Shown here: positions 13,871 through 27,049 of the stretch, piece by piece
Numbering within the stretch: position 1 is the first letter of the stretch
Layout of the letters: each line of letters opens with the position of its first letter
Source of the DNA: Takakia lepidozioides
Lineage: Eukaryota; Plantae; Bryophyta
Direction of reading: 5' to 3'
DNA length: 64,000 bases
Assembly: GCA_030704615.1 (NCBI GenBank)
Contig: CM060732.1
Location: 49,848,001 to 49,912,000 of the forward strand
The notes under the pieces: generated by a model
Databases searched by the model: none
Told to the model about the DNA's origin: nothing
The model's input: the letters and a program-made list of their open reading frames with translations, nothing else
Position numbers and translations under genes: made by a program

Positions 13871-16800
13871 TTGTGGTCAGTTATTTGATGAATGTTCGGC
13901 TCACATTGACGTGAACCTGCAGTAGTGGAGAGCTGAGGTTGGACACAGGACAGTCTCCTACAAAGGAGATAAAATTACCCTTGTCATGTTTCCTCGCTGT
14001 TGGGCATCTGATGACCTTGTATTATTGATCTTGAAGAAGACAAATACTGGATCAAACTCTGTAGAAGTATAGATATATGGGTCAAAGTGGAGACCTGTCA
14101 AACACCCCAGTATTTCTCTTTACAAAGTGGTTGGATCCACCATAGCTTTTGCCCCTAGAAATGTGGGGCCTAGTTCAGGTACAAACTGCTCTCGCTGTAC
14201 ATTACTTGATTTTGATCAAATATCGTCATATGACAAAACCTCCGAAAATCTTATCCAACTGCAGAAGACATCAGTGTATCACAAGTTGACGGTAGTTTGC
14301 CACTTGCTTATATATGTCATATATTCTGACTGTATGTGTAAGAGGTAGATGCTTTTTTCATTTGAGGATAGAACTGAGTTTCCCTGGTTGCCGAGTGGTG
14401 TAAGAGAAGCTGCAGCTGGTGGGACCGAGAACCATGTGGTTGAAATTCTGGAGGTCAATACTCTCACTTGTGAGTGAGCAAGAAAGAGTACGCAGTGTTC
14501 TTGCATTGAACTAATGAAGTGTTCTTGCATTGAACTAATGAACTTGGTGCGTATCCAGAATTGTAGATATTTCTCATCTATCTTCCCTGGATCTTTGGGA
14601 GCATCCAGTAGATTGCAAAGCATGGTCCCATTATTGGCATAACTACACTCTAGTTGAACTGTATACGTCAGATTTATGCATAACTTGTGCTGTGGAAACA
14701 ACCAGCCCTCCTAGCAAATCTGGATCAGCTTCTCTGTGAAAGATAAACAGATGGATTGAGCATGAACCTGAACAAAACTTGGAAAGCGTAATGGGAAGAA
14801 TTGATCCCAGTTGAAGGCATATCCTCTTTGCTATAACTGGTGAATGGAATGTACCTGGAATCCGGACCTTATAACGGAATTTCTGATGGTAGTGTTGAAC
14901 AAGAAAACACTCAATCTCTAATTTTCCTACGTTCCCTATGTACCCAGGAGGCTTTTGGGTTACGTTTACTGTTCCCACGTGCCTTTCTCCTTATTCTTGC
15001 TTCACGCCAGGGTTCTCAGCATAGTAGAAGAGTTGGAGAGGCGGAAGAAATTAAGGAAGGACAGACTATGGGTGATGGGAAGTTGAGGCGCTTAGCTGGA
15101 GAAAGCGTTCAGCGAGAAATTTCCAGAGAAAGAGCGTCACTGTGATGCAAATTGTGCATACACCTTCTACCTACTGCAATTGTGTGCTGCAGGTCTCCTT
15201 CCGTTCCCTTTCGTCTCTTCATTGGTATGATTCAGCGCTAGTACGGATGCCCTGTGTAAATGGGTTAAGTGGGGCTGGGAACTCGCTGGGATAGTCACCA
15301 GGAAACGGAATCGGTTGGGAAATCTGTCTACCTCCCCCCGTTATCGAAATTCATGCCTTCTTGATTTCTGAAGGAATAACTTGGAATGAATCTTGGAAAG
15401 CTGATGGGTTCAAGATGAATTTTCGAAGTAGTTTTATAGACAATCTGGGAAGTCAAGCTTTGTGTCCTCTGTTTTTGAACCCTAATCTACAGGCATTATT
15501 AAAGCCACCAAAAGATATGGAGGATTCCATGCTATGGGCAAACTATCTTATAAGCCATGAAAATAAAACGAAGCAACGCCATATTTTGATGTTGGAGTCT
15601 GCTCTCGTGCACGAGCTTTATTTGGGGCTCTTTAGTGCTTACCCCGTATAGACCTCATGGTGAGGTTTATAAGAAACGGAACGATAGTCGAATATCTTTA
15701 CTGTGTCTCTATGGTTAGCTCCGAAGAGCCATTAAGTTGCATATGCACTGAAGCCCAGGACTAAACTTGGAGATGGTAGAGATCTTACCCAATCTCAGGC
15801 TCTTTTTTGAAGGGCACGAAGAGATAAAAAAAAGTGTGTGAATGACTTGTGGGGTTGTAGCTGACCCCTTCACATTCTTAGTCGAAACCTTGGTAAGAGA
15901 TTAAGAACTGAAATGCTAGCTGTAGGGACTATGACAGCACATTTCAGACTGCCATTGCAGTTTGGATTTTAGATGAGTTTGTGGAGTAAGAAGAGTACTT
16001 TGATTGGCCAATCTGACTTCTGTCTAGAGATTCAAGAAGCAGACGAGCTCTTCAGCAGCTGCTTGGACCAATTGAACACGGACACTCTTCCATGCTTGGA
16101 TAATGGATGCAGAAAGGACAATGATTCGTTTGTTCATCTAAATACGCATTAAAATGTGGACAAAGAAGAACTATCAGTAGGAGGGCTGGTGGAGAAGTTT
16201 ACAAGGCATGTAGCAGGGTATTGAGGTGATACTTTTTGACCATTGCCACTTTTTTCTTCTGAGAATTTCAAGAAAGACAACCATATTTGCATCAAGATGT
16301 TTGTTGTGGTAACCATCAAAGAGGAATAAGCACCACCTCTTGCAGCCCCTTCTTCTTTTGGTGAATGGTTTGGCATGCCAAGCAAGTGTGCAAGGTCTTG
16401 GGTTGCTGTTTCTGCAATTTCTGTGCTCTTTTGGCTCCCTTCAACACCAATTATTAGCAGATAATCATCCTGGCATGAGTACAAAATGCACTGCTTGAGA
16501 CATTCAGGAAGCAAAGCATCCAATTCAAGTTCTAGAACCCTGCTTTTGGGGGAAAAGTAGCAGATAGATCGCCCAACAGATGGCTGATGGGAGTCACCTT
16601 CACTATGTTCATGGGGGTGCTTGAAGTATCATCACACTCTGTGTGTCTCCATCACTCGTTCCCTGTCTTGAAGTTTGGCAATGATCAATGTGCGGTGTGA
16701 CTTGTCACTTTGGTCGGAAACATTGTTGTGTGCTCTGCTCTGGATGTGAATTAACAGAACAGCTCTATCATGAGTTGCTTCACATTTTCAGCTCCATTGA

Positions 16801-17084
16801 AATATATGTTACGGATATGTTTTCTGTGGCAAACCCACTCGGCCAAGGTCACTATTCACAGTATGAGCAAGTCTAATATTCACAGTCTTTCTCCCCTTGT
16901 TCTCCCTTCCCTCCAGTTAACCCTTCTCCCTATCATCTTGTTGGCTTTTTGGTGGGTTTTGCGGTTCTTAATGTAAAAGAGCCCACAAGAGCTTCTAAGG
17001 ACAATCTGATCTGCTCTCAACACATGATGACAGGATCTGAAGGTGGAGAAGATTTTGAGATGAGTGCGACAGAACGAGACGACG

Positions 17085-20000
17085 ATGCAGATACTCCAGT
17101 GGATGGCTGCATTGCAGCGGCAACTTGAGGCATGGTCTCCACAGCAGCAGCAACAACAACGTGCCTCTGCTGCTGCTCACCGGCCCGTGTGGCATCGGAA
17201 TTGGAAATGGCCGTGGCAGGAAGACAAAGCATCAAGGCAACGGTTCCAGGAGTACAAGCGGAAAACGCAACAGGTTCAAGCACTCTGTTCTGCATTGAAG
17301 GTGGAAAGTGTAACAGATTTGCAGGATGTCCTGGGTGCTATGGTGTTGTCCGAATGTGTGTACAAGAGACCGGAGTCAGAGGTGTTGCGAGCCGTAAATA
17401 AGTTCAAGGAAGACTTTGGTGGGCAGTTGATATCTGTGGACCGCATTGAGGCATCGTTGGATCATGTACCTCATAGATATGTGCTGGCAGAGGCAGGGGA
17501 CACCCTGTTTGTGTCCTTCATTGGAACCAAGCAATACAAGGATGTCATTGCTGATGCCAACATTCTCCAAAGAGCACTCTTTGGGGAAGAAAGTGAATCA
17601 GGGAGTGTCGAAGGGGAACAGGAACAGGAGGAGGAGGAAGGTGTCTCAGAAAAGCAGTTAGGTAGTGGTCTGAGAAAGGGGTTACGATTGAGCAATGATT
17701 TGGTCCGTCCAATAAAGGTCAAACCAAAGCACAATGGACCCAAGCCTGCTGCTCATAGCGGATTTCTTGCACGGGCCTTAGGTGTGCCAGCCGCTGAACT
17801 TTACCGAATAGCACAGAGAAAGGACCGCCGGCTGGTGTTATGTGGGCATTCTTTGGGTGGAGCAGTTGCAGTGCTTGCTAGTCTAGCAATTTTGAGAGTT
17901 TTTGCATCATCTTCGGTATCTAGACCAGCAAATACTGTTCAGATCAAGTGCATCACATTCTCTCAACCTCCTGTTGGAAATGCTGCTCTTCGAGACTATG
18001 TTCATAGAATGGGATGGCAGCAGCATTTTCGGACGTATTGCATCCCAGAAGACATAGTTCCACGCATCTTGTCACCTGCTTATTTTCAGCACTATCGTTT
18101 ACAAGCTATGGATTCCCTTCTGCAGCAAACCCAAAATCTCCCCTTGGTGCAGGTCGCAGAGGATGAATCAGACAGGACTGGCATCCAGAACCAAAGCAGA
18201 GATGTTGAGCGGATGGCCTTGGGTTTTGGTCCTGTTCCAAGCCCGCTCTGGAGACTACCAAAACTGGTGCCACTCGCAGGCGTACAGAAATCTGTTCAAT
18301 GGCTGCAAGGGAAAAGAAAAGAGGCAGATGCACCAGCAGATGAGACTGAGACTAGTGGTGAAGGGGGAATCCCATTACCAGAGCCTCTGGAGATCCAGGA
18401 GGGCACTGAGGGTGTTGCTTTGACATCAATGTCCTCTTTCAGTGAATCTGGGCTGGAACTTTCACGCAAAGGAGACACAAGGCCTCCAACCAATGGAAGG
18501 AAGGAGCCTAGAATAGCAGGGGCTGCCGACTGGCGTAGTAGGGTCCCATCACTGCCCTCTTATGTACCTTTTGGCCAGCTTTATCTGCTGGAGAAACATT
18601 CAGTAGAGCCATTCTCTGCTTCTGAGTACACTCAACTAACTTCTGTCCAATCGGTGCTCCTAGAGTTAAGGCAGCGACTCCAGTCCCATTCAATGAGGTC
18701 GTACCGTTCCCGCTTCCAACAGATTTACAATATTTGTGTGTCTAATACTGCAGCTTCAACAGTAGGCAGTGTGGAGTATCTGCCACACCTGCCACACCTG
18801 CGACAGTGGCTGGGTGTCTTAGGAGCCCCGATGGCTGAAGTAGGGCGGATATCGAACCCCATCAGTATCCGGATGGCAACATCTTTGGTGCCTCTAGGCT
18901 GGACTGGTATATTGGGAGAGAAGAAGGGAGGCCAATCTTTGAAGGTGGATGTCCTGGGGTATGGCCTGCATCTCTGCACACTGGTTCGTGCTCAAGTTAA
19001 TGGTCGGTGGTGTTCGACATCTGTTGAATCCTCACCAACCAGGCCATCCTCACAGTTGGAGTTCAAACCCAAACTGCAGAGAATGCGCATTCGCATTGGA
19101 GCACCCTTACCGTCAAGTCAGATCAACACAGCACAGCCGACATCAGAGGCAGCCATGACAAACATGAATGAAGGAGACTGTAGCAACTCTGACGACTCGA
19201 GTTTGGCAGATATTGGACTTGGTATATGTGACGTGGAGGGCTTGCGTGAGGTGAAAGTGTATTGTAGCACAGACTTTATGACTGTGTCACGAAATGTTGC
19301 AGTAAGACTGCGTCGTGTACGACTACTCGGTGTTGAAGGAGCAGGCAAAACTTCATTATACTTGGCTCTTTTGGGACAAGGAGGAACCACCTCAAGCAAC
19401 AGTGATGGAGGTGTCCTGCCTGACATGGAATGGCATGAAGGGGCGGTGGGTGGTGTTGGTTACATTGATGCTCCTGGAATAAATTTGCAGGACTTGCCTG
19501 GGGAGACCAAGCAGCTGAAGCAGGAGCTAACTGTGAAGGTTGGGCAGCACACCAAGAAGCTAGACCTTATTGTCTTGGTGCACAATCTAGCCCATAAGAT
19601 TGCACACACGGGTACATCAAGCGGGCCTCGGCCTGCACTGGCGCTGCTCATAAATGAGGTGATTGCAGCTGGGGTCCCCTTCATCCTGGCCATCACCAAC
19701 AAGTTTGCGGTGAGTGCAGATCGTCGAGACATGGCGTCTGCTGCAGTTATGGATACATATCAAGTGCCTTCAGAGTTGTCGAAGGTGGTAAATTCATCTC
19801 CATATAGAGTCCATGGGATTATCAGTGAGCCACTGAGAACAGCACAGGATGATCACAATGGGGCAGGGAGACAGGCACAACGCCTTTTAGCAGGTCCCAT
19901 GAACCTGATGCAGCGGCCCTTTCGCAAGAGAGAGGTGGTACTTGCACCACAAGGTGTCCAAGACTTGCGGATGCTCGTGCAGACTGTGTTATTGCAGCAG

Positions 20001-20201
20001 GAGGAAATTGCTATGGCGGAATTCGCAAGACAGAAATTGGCACTTGAAACCACAAAGGAATTGGCGCGAGAAACTAGAAATGCCATGAGAGCAGGCCAAG
20101 GAAAAGGCACGGGTGTGGCAACAGCTGCTGCAATTGGAGCAGGTTTTGGTATGTTGGTGGCAGTTATCGTGGGTGCAGCTACTAGTCTGCGAAAACCATG
20201 A
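17085..20201 (+). CDS. Class-3 lipase family protein with C-terminal P-loop domain and terminal hydrophobic helix (At3g07400-like), single coding exon
   Basis: 1045-codon open frame, first ATG at 17085. AHSGF, GHSLGG nucleophile elbow, ITFSQPPVGN, EDIVPR, Walker-A-like GVEGAGKTS, C-terminal GVATAAAIGAGFGMLVAVIVGAA. Confidence 0.9.
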   Translation: MQILQWMAALQRQLEAWSPQQQQQQRASAAAHRPVWHRNWKWPWQEDKASRQRFQEYKRKTQQVQALCSALKVESVTDLQDVLGAMVLSECVYKRPESEVLRAVNKFKEDFGGQLISVDRIEASLDHVPHRYVLAEAGDTLFVSFIGTKQYKDVIADANILQRALFGEESESGSVEGEQEQEEEEGVSEKQLGSGLRKGLRLSNDLVRPIKVKPKHNGPKPAAHSGFLARALGVPAAELYRIAQRKDRRLVLCGHSLGGAVAVLASLAILRVFASSSVSRPANTVQIKCITFSQPPVGNAALRDYVHRMGWQQHFRTYCIPEDIVPRILSPAYFQHYRLQAMDSLLQQTQNLPLVQVAEDESDRTGIQNQSRDVERMALGFGPVPSPLWRLPKLVPLAGVQKSVQWLQGKRKEADAPADETETSGEGGIPLPEPLEIQEGTEGVALTSMSSFSESGLELSRKGDTRPPTNGRKEPRIAGAADWRSRVPSLPSYVPFGQLYLLEKHSVEPFSASEYTQLTSVQSVLLELRQRLQSHSMRSYRSRFQQIYNICVSNTAASTVGSVEYLPHLPHLRQWLGVLGAPMAEVGRISNPISIRMATSLVPLGWTGILGEKKGGQSLKVDVLGYGLHLCTLVRAQVNGRWCSTSVESSPTRPSSQLEFKPKLQRMRIRIGAPLPSSQINTAQPTSEAAMTNMNEGDCSNSDDSSLADIGLGICDVEGLREVKVYCSTDFMTVSRNVAVRLRRVRLLGVEGAGKTSLYLALLGQGGTTSSNSDGGVLPDMEWHEGAVGGVGYIDAPGINLQDLPGETKQLKQELTVKVGQHTKKLDLIVLVHNLAHKIAHTGTSSGPRPALALLINEVIAAGVPFILAITNKFAVSADRRDMASAAVMDTYQVPSELSKVVNSSPYRVHGIISEPLRTAQDDHNGAGRQAQRLLAGPMNLMQRPFRKREVVLAPQGVQDLRMLVQTVLLQQEEIAMAEFARQKLALETTKELARETRNAMRAGQGKGTGVATAAAIGAGFGMLVAVIVGAATSLRKP

Positions 20202-21077
20202 CCACACGATTGTGGCAGTCACAGTGCCATTTCTGGAGTGGACCTGATACTTGAGATGAATATCCACAATGTCCACTCTTTCTCAAAGAAAATCTTTCTC
20301 CTTGTAGACTAGGAATTCTGAGTGTCAAAAATTGTTTTGGCCTATGTGTCAGGGAGGTGTTTGAAGCTGTGGCAAATGCTAGATCTTCTGTCCCTTGTAT
20401 GATCACCACAGGAGGTGGAACATTCAATGAGATTGACATTCATTTTTCACTTTGGATGGTGATCCAATACATGCAACATGGCCATGATTGGAAACTTACT
20501 GCTGTACAGGAATGAGATCCCGATCTAGAGCTTCGTAGTTTGAAACTCACACATTAAAGTCTGGGTGGTGCAGCATTCAAACTGTCTTTTCCCCTTTTCT
20601 ACCCTTTTGACTTGCTCATGTGTCTTCAATCTAGGTTGCTGCAAGCATCTCTGTCTATCTCTCTCTCAAATGCTCTGATGGATTTCGGCTTCTTACTTTC
20701 ACTAAGAAGGGAAATATTGTTCATAATGCGCGTACATCCAGCCATAGGGTAGAATTTTTAGGGTGTGGGAGGCAGGATTGTGTTGTTCATCCTGTGTCAA
20801 AAGCTCATATGAGTTGACGTTCAGAAGCCTGTGCAGAAGGGAGGTCATGTGAGTGTATGATATCCAGCATGTGGCACATGCAACCTTGCATATATGATTA
20901 GTGAAGAGAGTGGCCAAGGATCCATGGATGAAGGACCAATTGCCCCTGAAGCCACCAGGCCGCTAACCTTGTGACCTACATCACCTCCAATTCACAGACT
21001 GCAATTTCTAAGAATTTCTCAAGAGGTTATATAGGCTGTATGTTTCTAAGTTCAAAGACAACAAAAAAGATGAGGGG

Positions 21078-21310
21078 TTTTTTTTTGTTTGTTTGGGGAG
21101 GAGGTGTTTCAGCCGGGGCTACTAATCACCCCCTCTAACAGCGAGGGGTACCCTGTCCCAGGGGGGACCACCTCATGTCGGCTACCAACCGCTGGTCCAC
21201 CCGCGTGTGCTGCAGCGGCCAACTGCACACACCGGGTATTCGAACCCAGCACATCTTGGTTGGCTTACGGCAAGGCTGCTCTACTCTGGCCACAGAGTCA
21301 TGTCCCCAGG
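21078..21310 (-). mobile_element. tRNA-derived SINE-like element with A-rich tail
   Basis: Minus strand: TGGCCAGAGTAG (A-box-like), GGTTCGAATAC (B-box), GC-rich body, CAAACAAACAAAAAAAAA tail. Confidence 0.55.
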
Positions 21311-21699
21311 GGACACTAACTTTGTTTTGCTCAAACAATTTATAGACACTCACGACAACAGTCGCAATACTGGGCAATGCAAAAAAAGCCAAGGACCATT
21401 TTAATGTGGACAATGAGGCGTTGATCACTTGCCCGGGAGATGGGCCAAAAAAGATATACATATGTACATGGCTGATCATGAAAGGGTGATCAACTTTGGG
21501 GAAATATAGGGCTCTACGATATTTAAATTCATTGCTTCCAAGGTGGGAAAGGCAAAAGCAAACTAAAGTACAGATCAATGGAACACTTTGCCACAAGGCT
21601 ACGGCAAACAACGTCTTATGAGTACGTTTTCTCTCTCTCAAAAAGTTGTTCAATCTGGCAGGCGCAAAGCATTGGGTCTCACTAAATTTTTCCATTGCA

Positions 21700-22899
21700 A
21701 AGGGATCAACTCTGAAGTAAGAAAACCATGCTTTGCCATGTTGTTAGGCCTGCCTTGGAGTACACATCTGCAGTGTGAGTCCAACCAGGCTAAGTCTCTA
21801 CAATCCATTCAAGTGGGGGTGCTCAAGGAATGCATGTCAGCATGCTCCAAAACAGCTAATGTGGCTGTTCGAGGTGAGTTCGGCATCCCTCCCTTAAGCT
21901 CCCGACGAGATGAATCCAAAGACAGATGGTGGGGTCAGCTGCAATCTATGACTAATTTCAGATATCCTAAGTTAATCGACTCGATATCTTGGAAGCAGGA
22001 TCACCCTGTCAAACAGGCTAAGTCCTGGCGGAAGAGGGTAGAAGAGATTTTCCAGGAATCTAAGTCCGCAAGTCTTGACCCTGCTGGATACATCTGACTT
22101 AGAGGCCCTAGTGTCCAAAGCCATGTCGTTGCAAGGAAATTGTCGGATGAAGATGAAGTTAGGCAGAAAACTTCCCCGAGCTTGTTTCCAGTCTGTGAAA
22201 TGGGGGAGGCCATCATGGATGACCTCACGGGTTTACCCACTCTCAGCACGAGACTGAAATTTAAACTTGGGGCGGGAAGCCTACCTTTGAACAGCAAACG
22301 AAAGCAGAGAGGAAAGGGGGATTGCAAATGCGTGTTGTGTGGACAACCTGAAGCCAATATGTACTTTCTGATTCTTTGTCCTGGGTACTCTGGCACCTGT
22401 GGATGTTATGAATGGTGTGGAAGTAGAAAGTTATTTCTTTCTTCCTTCCTAAGTTCATTCTTTCTCAGGATTTGTCTCTAAAAAAGCAGAGAGGAAAGGG
22501 AGAGTGCAATTGCCCGTTGTGTGGGCAATCTGAAGACAGTATTCATTTTCTGATACACTGTCCAGGGTTCTCTCACCAAAGAGACGCTCTCTTCAAATCT
22601 ATTAAGGGAATTGTGCCTGTACCCCTGTTTACCAACTTTGAAAGTCTCGAGGCTGAGCCAAAAGCCCAGGCCCTCCTGAGGCCTAGTTTTTGGGCAAATC
22701 ACACACAGCAGATTGATGCTTGTGTGAAGGGATTTCTAGAGGATATCTGGAAAACCCGGATTAATTCTTTATATGGAGGTAAGTCTTACTACCAACGTCA
22801 GCCCCTGACAGAGGTAGGTTCTGTCCCTTTTGTTCCCGCTCAAACTGGGCGCGGGGTCAATGGCCACAAGGCTACGGCAAACAACGTCTTATGAGTACA
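21700..22899 (+). mobile_element. 5'-truncated LINE remnant (post-RT region and CCHC zinc knuckle)
   Basis: SKTANVAVRGEFGI motif, two diverged C-x2-C-x7-H-x4-C blocks (CVLC...YFLILC, with the His replaced by Tyr, and CPLCGQSEDSIHFLIHC), FLEDIWKTR; contains stops and frameshifts. Confidence 0.75.
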
Positions 22900-23978
22900 A
22901 TCTAACAATGGAAGATTCATCATTTCTAGTCAATACCTTTAGCCAATCAAAAGGTAGTAAGAAGGTGGGTGGAGTGTTACCAGAAATAAGGCACCGGTGC
23001 ATAGATTTTGTCAGACACCACCTTGAAGGAAGGAGCTCCCAGAACTGGTTGGACCTTAGCTCGGCTCATATCTCCATGAGTTTCAGAGCAGATGCAAGTG
23101 TACAATACGCAAGCCATTTGGAACTCAACTAAATAAGGCTGCGCTTCTAGAGGGAGAACTGTCACAAGGAAAGATCACAACAAGGCCTGACATGACATAC
23201 GAGAGAGGCGGAGCTTAAGTGATAGCTTGTATTCCAGAGTTGGGCAGGAAGTTCAAGCTCAACGTGTCAAGACAAGTCACATCTCATTGAGAATCCCATA
23301 ATATATTCGTGTTCACTTCATCGAAAATCAAAGAATCTACACATTGGGTAAAGACGTAAGAAATTTCTAGCTCGACATGACAAACCCTATTTCAATAAAA
23401 ACCAAGGATCTGTCCATTTGCTAACGATGTCACAATACCACAGCTTGACTGAGATGACAGACAAAAAGACATTTGCTAAAGATGCAAACCACACCCTCTC
23501 ACTTAGATGACAGTCAAATGGATAGTGCATGAGACAAAAGTACAGTGCAGTGATCACTCCCTGAAGGTCCAGAGTGACTACTTCCACCACCAACTAAAGA
23601 ATGCCCCACAAGGAGATCCATCTTGGAACCAATCAAACTGCTACTTATTGTGCCTGACTGCCATCGAATTTGACACAGACAACGTCAACACCTAACTTCA
23701 ACCCCATACCAGGCCCACACCCCAGCCTGCTCTAGCCAGTTGCACGGCTGTAGCAGGCCTACATTCAAGAGTGCAACACTCCACCTACACACCAACCAGT
23801 CCCATCTGGTGCAACTTAAACCTCTTTAGTATTTGGGCATTTGTATTTACAGGCTCTTCTGACAACAAAATTTCAGCCAGCTCTTTGCTACCTGGCATGT
23901 ATTTCACTCTGTGTAGATACCACAAAGTGAGCTTTTGCCTACACATCCTCATGAGGTTGATACTTTACTCTTAAGGCC

Positions 23979-26549
23979 TTAAACCTCCCTCCTTTTCTTC
24001 TTGCGGCCAGCAAAATTACTAGGTCCCACCGCCCTGGAAGTTCGCTTGACCCTGGTAACCACAAGCATGAACTCAACATTAGGAATCTAGCAGTTGAAGA
24101 AGGGGCTTCCATGAAGCTAAAACAGAGACAGTGCGCTAACAAGGGGATAGTTGAAACCATCACAAAGCGTGCTAATATATATAATACATATGTATTTGTA
24201 CATAAATAGTTGTGTGTGTATATATATATATCCTAAAAGAGAGTTGATCATGCTGGAATTACCGTTCATCAATTTCCTCATCACTGCCACATTCATCCTG
24301 CCTGTCATCTTCTGATACTACATCTGCACAACCACTATACAAGCATAAGGCGCCAGATGGAAGATGGTAACAATGAAAGATGACACCCTCTGCCCCCATC
24401 CCAACTGTCAGACTGCTGTCACCAGTCTCTCTCTACTTCCGTGCACTCCCCAGCAGAAACGCATGCAAAGTGCCCTTCCAGCCTAATGTTGCAAAAATAA
24501 AATCGGGATTTGTTGGAAGCTCACAATCTCATGAACAGAAATAATCTCCAAACTTATTTTTCAGACTAGACAACACTCTTTCACCAATTCACCTTCCGCC
24601 ATCTCGAAATCACTGTCTAAGCTCCCAGCTGCATCCCCTTCACTGGCATCTTCGTCCTGCCAAATTTTCTTTCTCGAACGCGAGCGGGGGGCACTTGACC
24701 AGCGATCAGGGTCCCCTGAGTCGAAGTCCCAGCGCTCACCAAGAGGAGGGATCCAAAAGTCTAAATCCTCCGACTTTGCCTCCCCATCATTCTCCATATC
24801 GGCATTCATATTCACATCCATGTCAACATTGGTGGTCTCACTTGTGTTCCCATCTGTTCTTTCCAGTTCCTTCGTCTTGCCTGTGGACTTCCCATTACTC
24901 CTCTCATCCCCAGCCCCATTCTTGCTTGATGGATGATCCTCCTTCTGAAATACTTGCTTTGAATCTCGAGAACCATTCTGTACACACCTATCTGAAATGA
25001 CATTTGCCTTCTCTTTGTCCTTTTTCTTCTCCTTCTCTCTCTCCTCTGTGATGCAAGCACACATGGTGAATGAGAGAACACCTTGGTAAACTAGTTGTAG
25101 CTGGATACTTCAAAAATCTCTGCTTAACTGGATTTCAAAAGAATACATCATTTGCACAAAAAAGGGAACACTAGTCAGCTGAGGGAGAAAACTCCGCCCA
25201 ATCTAGTATGTTCATTTTACTATAAATTATAACTTAATCCTACGGTCTATGTGTGGGTGCCTGCATTCCAATAAAAGTTAGAATTGAGAAAATTGTCAAT
25301 TTCCAGGAAATTCGTGTTGAAGTACAAAAATAAGAGTTCTAGATGTCGATATACTTGACACATCTTTCAAATACATCCATGCACAAACTGATAAAGTAAT
25401 GACTGTAGCTTATAACCATAATCACCCGCAGTCAGCCTTGAATCAGCCCAGTTAGTGGGTCTGAACAGCCCCTGGTTACAGCTTTCATGTTGACATCAGC
25501 AAACTTGACTTGCCAAACAGTACCCTGACTGCTGAGTTGTCTGTCAAAAGCTTCTAATGTAAATAACAACGGAGAAGGAGAGGGGAGGAGGGAGAAAGAA
25601 TCACCAAGCTTGCGTAGAAACTTCCTGCCCATCATGTGTTTCCAGACAGCTTCTTCCCGCTTGTTCATTATGGCTCCTGTCAATTTGCATACTATCTTGT
25701 CTCTGCATTGTAGATGGCCCCACCCCACCCTCATTCACCTTACAGCTGCTCCCAGGTCACTACTCTTATTATGAGTGAAAAAATCTACCAAGCTATGAGA
25801 TTGACATAGAGAGAGAATTCACAAGAGAAAAAGGATGGAGTAGAGGTCTAGAAGAAAGACAACTGTATGGATCATGCACGGAGACAGATGTTGTCTGCCT
25901 CTAATAAGATACAACTCCTCCCAGCTAGATGACATTCTGAGTAGGGGACTCCACCGCATCCACACTTGGGAAGTAACATTCTATGTCTGAAGCTTTTTCT
26001 TTACCGGGTGTGGGCGAGAGGTAGGCAGACATGTACTCATTTGCTTGCAATAGCATTGTGGAATAGACCTGCACCAATAGACCCGGCCATCGCCATCCGG
26101 TGGTCTCGTGGCGGACTTCGTTTAGAGAAAAGACAGCGACTTTGGCCTTGCCTATGTGTTTTCGTGGTTGTGAGACAACGAGAGATCCACCCAGGTTTGC
26201 TATGCCCTTGTAAACTACTTTTATTACTACTTTTTTTTTTTGAGAGAGAGAGAATGTACTCATAAGACGTTGTTTGCCGTAGTCTTGTGGCCATTGAGAG
26301 AGAGAGAGAGGGAGAGTACCTATACATAGGACTTTGATCAAACAAGTCCAGGGGGGGTCGTCGTTGCGAAAGGGCAACTTCGAAGAGGGCAATCCGGCAC
26401 TTTTTGGTGCCACTATAGCTCGACTTGGTGGCCTCTGGCATCTCGTGCCCAGTCTCTATACACCGAACCCGACCTTTTCCCAGCTCCTCATAGTGCACCT
26501 CGCCAAGCAAATTGCAACCCTCCATGGCATTCTCTGAAGGGGAATCCAT
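23979..26549 (-). CDS. SURF2: Surfeit locus protein 2 homolog
   Basis: Phase-consistent GT-AG exons 26549-26320, 25702-25605, 25045-24593, 24323-24263, 24051-23979. Motifs EG.NLLG, GRVRCIETGHE, CKLTG..NK.EEAVWKH..GRKF, DFW.PP.GERWDFD, C-terminal GPSNFAGRKKK. Confidence 0.9.
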
Positions 26550-27049
26550 TGCCCCACTCCCCTGCAACAGAAACCCACTATCTACCGATGGTCACCACAA
26601 GAGGCTCAAAATCCAAACTTTCACACAAAGAAGAGTACCTTCATTCCAAAAAGCCAGGAATCCTTGCAAATCAATCCAACCCCTTACCGTGCACCTGACA
26701 TCCTTCAGTACAAATTGAACAATCACACCCACAACAGAATCGTCATCATCCCAAACCCCTACTGAAGAATTCCATAACGGTCACAGCTTGAGCTTTGTCA
26801 CTAACCAGATTCAACACTCAGACTGAGAGCCTAGCCAAGCTGCATTAGTTCTGGCTCGTCATCTTCCATTACTCGACGCGTTGTTTTTCAGTGTCAAGGA
26901 TTCACAGTCTCAGCTACCACAAACATGAGAGACGGTAGGTAGAGAGCCTTAGGGTTTTAGGGCTGCCCGTCCCTATGAATGTCTAAGTGACTCAAAGCCT
27001 ACTACCGGTCCGGTCAGTTAAAATGATAAATATAACTCAGAAAAGAGCC

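Noticed and set aside
14493-14542. 24-bp tandem duplication (similar ones at ~10643-10673 and ~35561-35710)
   Set aside because: Ordinary local slippage duplications with no further structure.
17132-20276. Overlapping and antisense ORFs within the lipase CDS
   Set aside because: Shadow frames of a long GC-balanced coding sequence.
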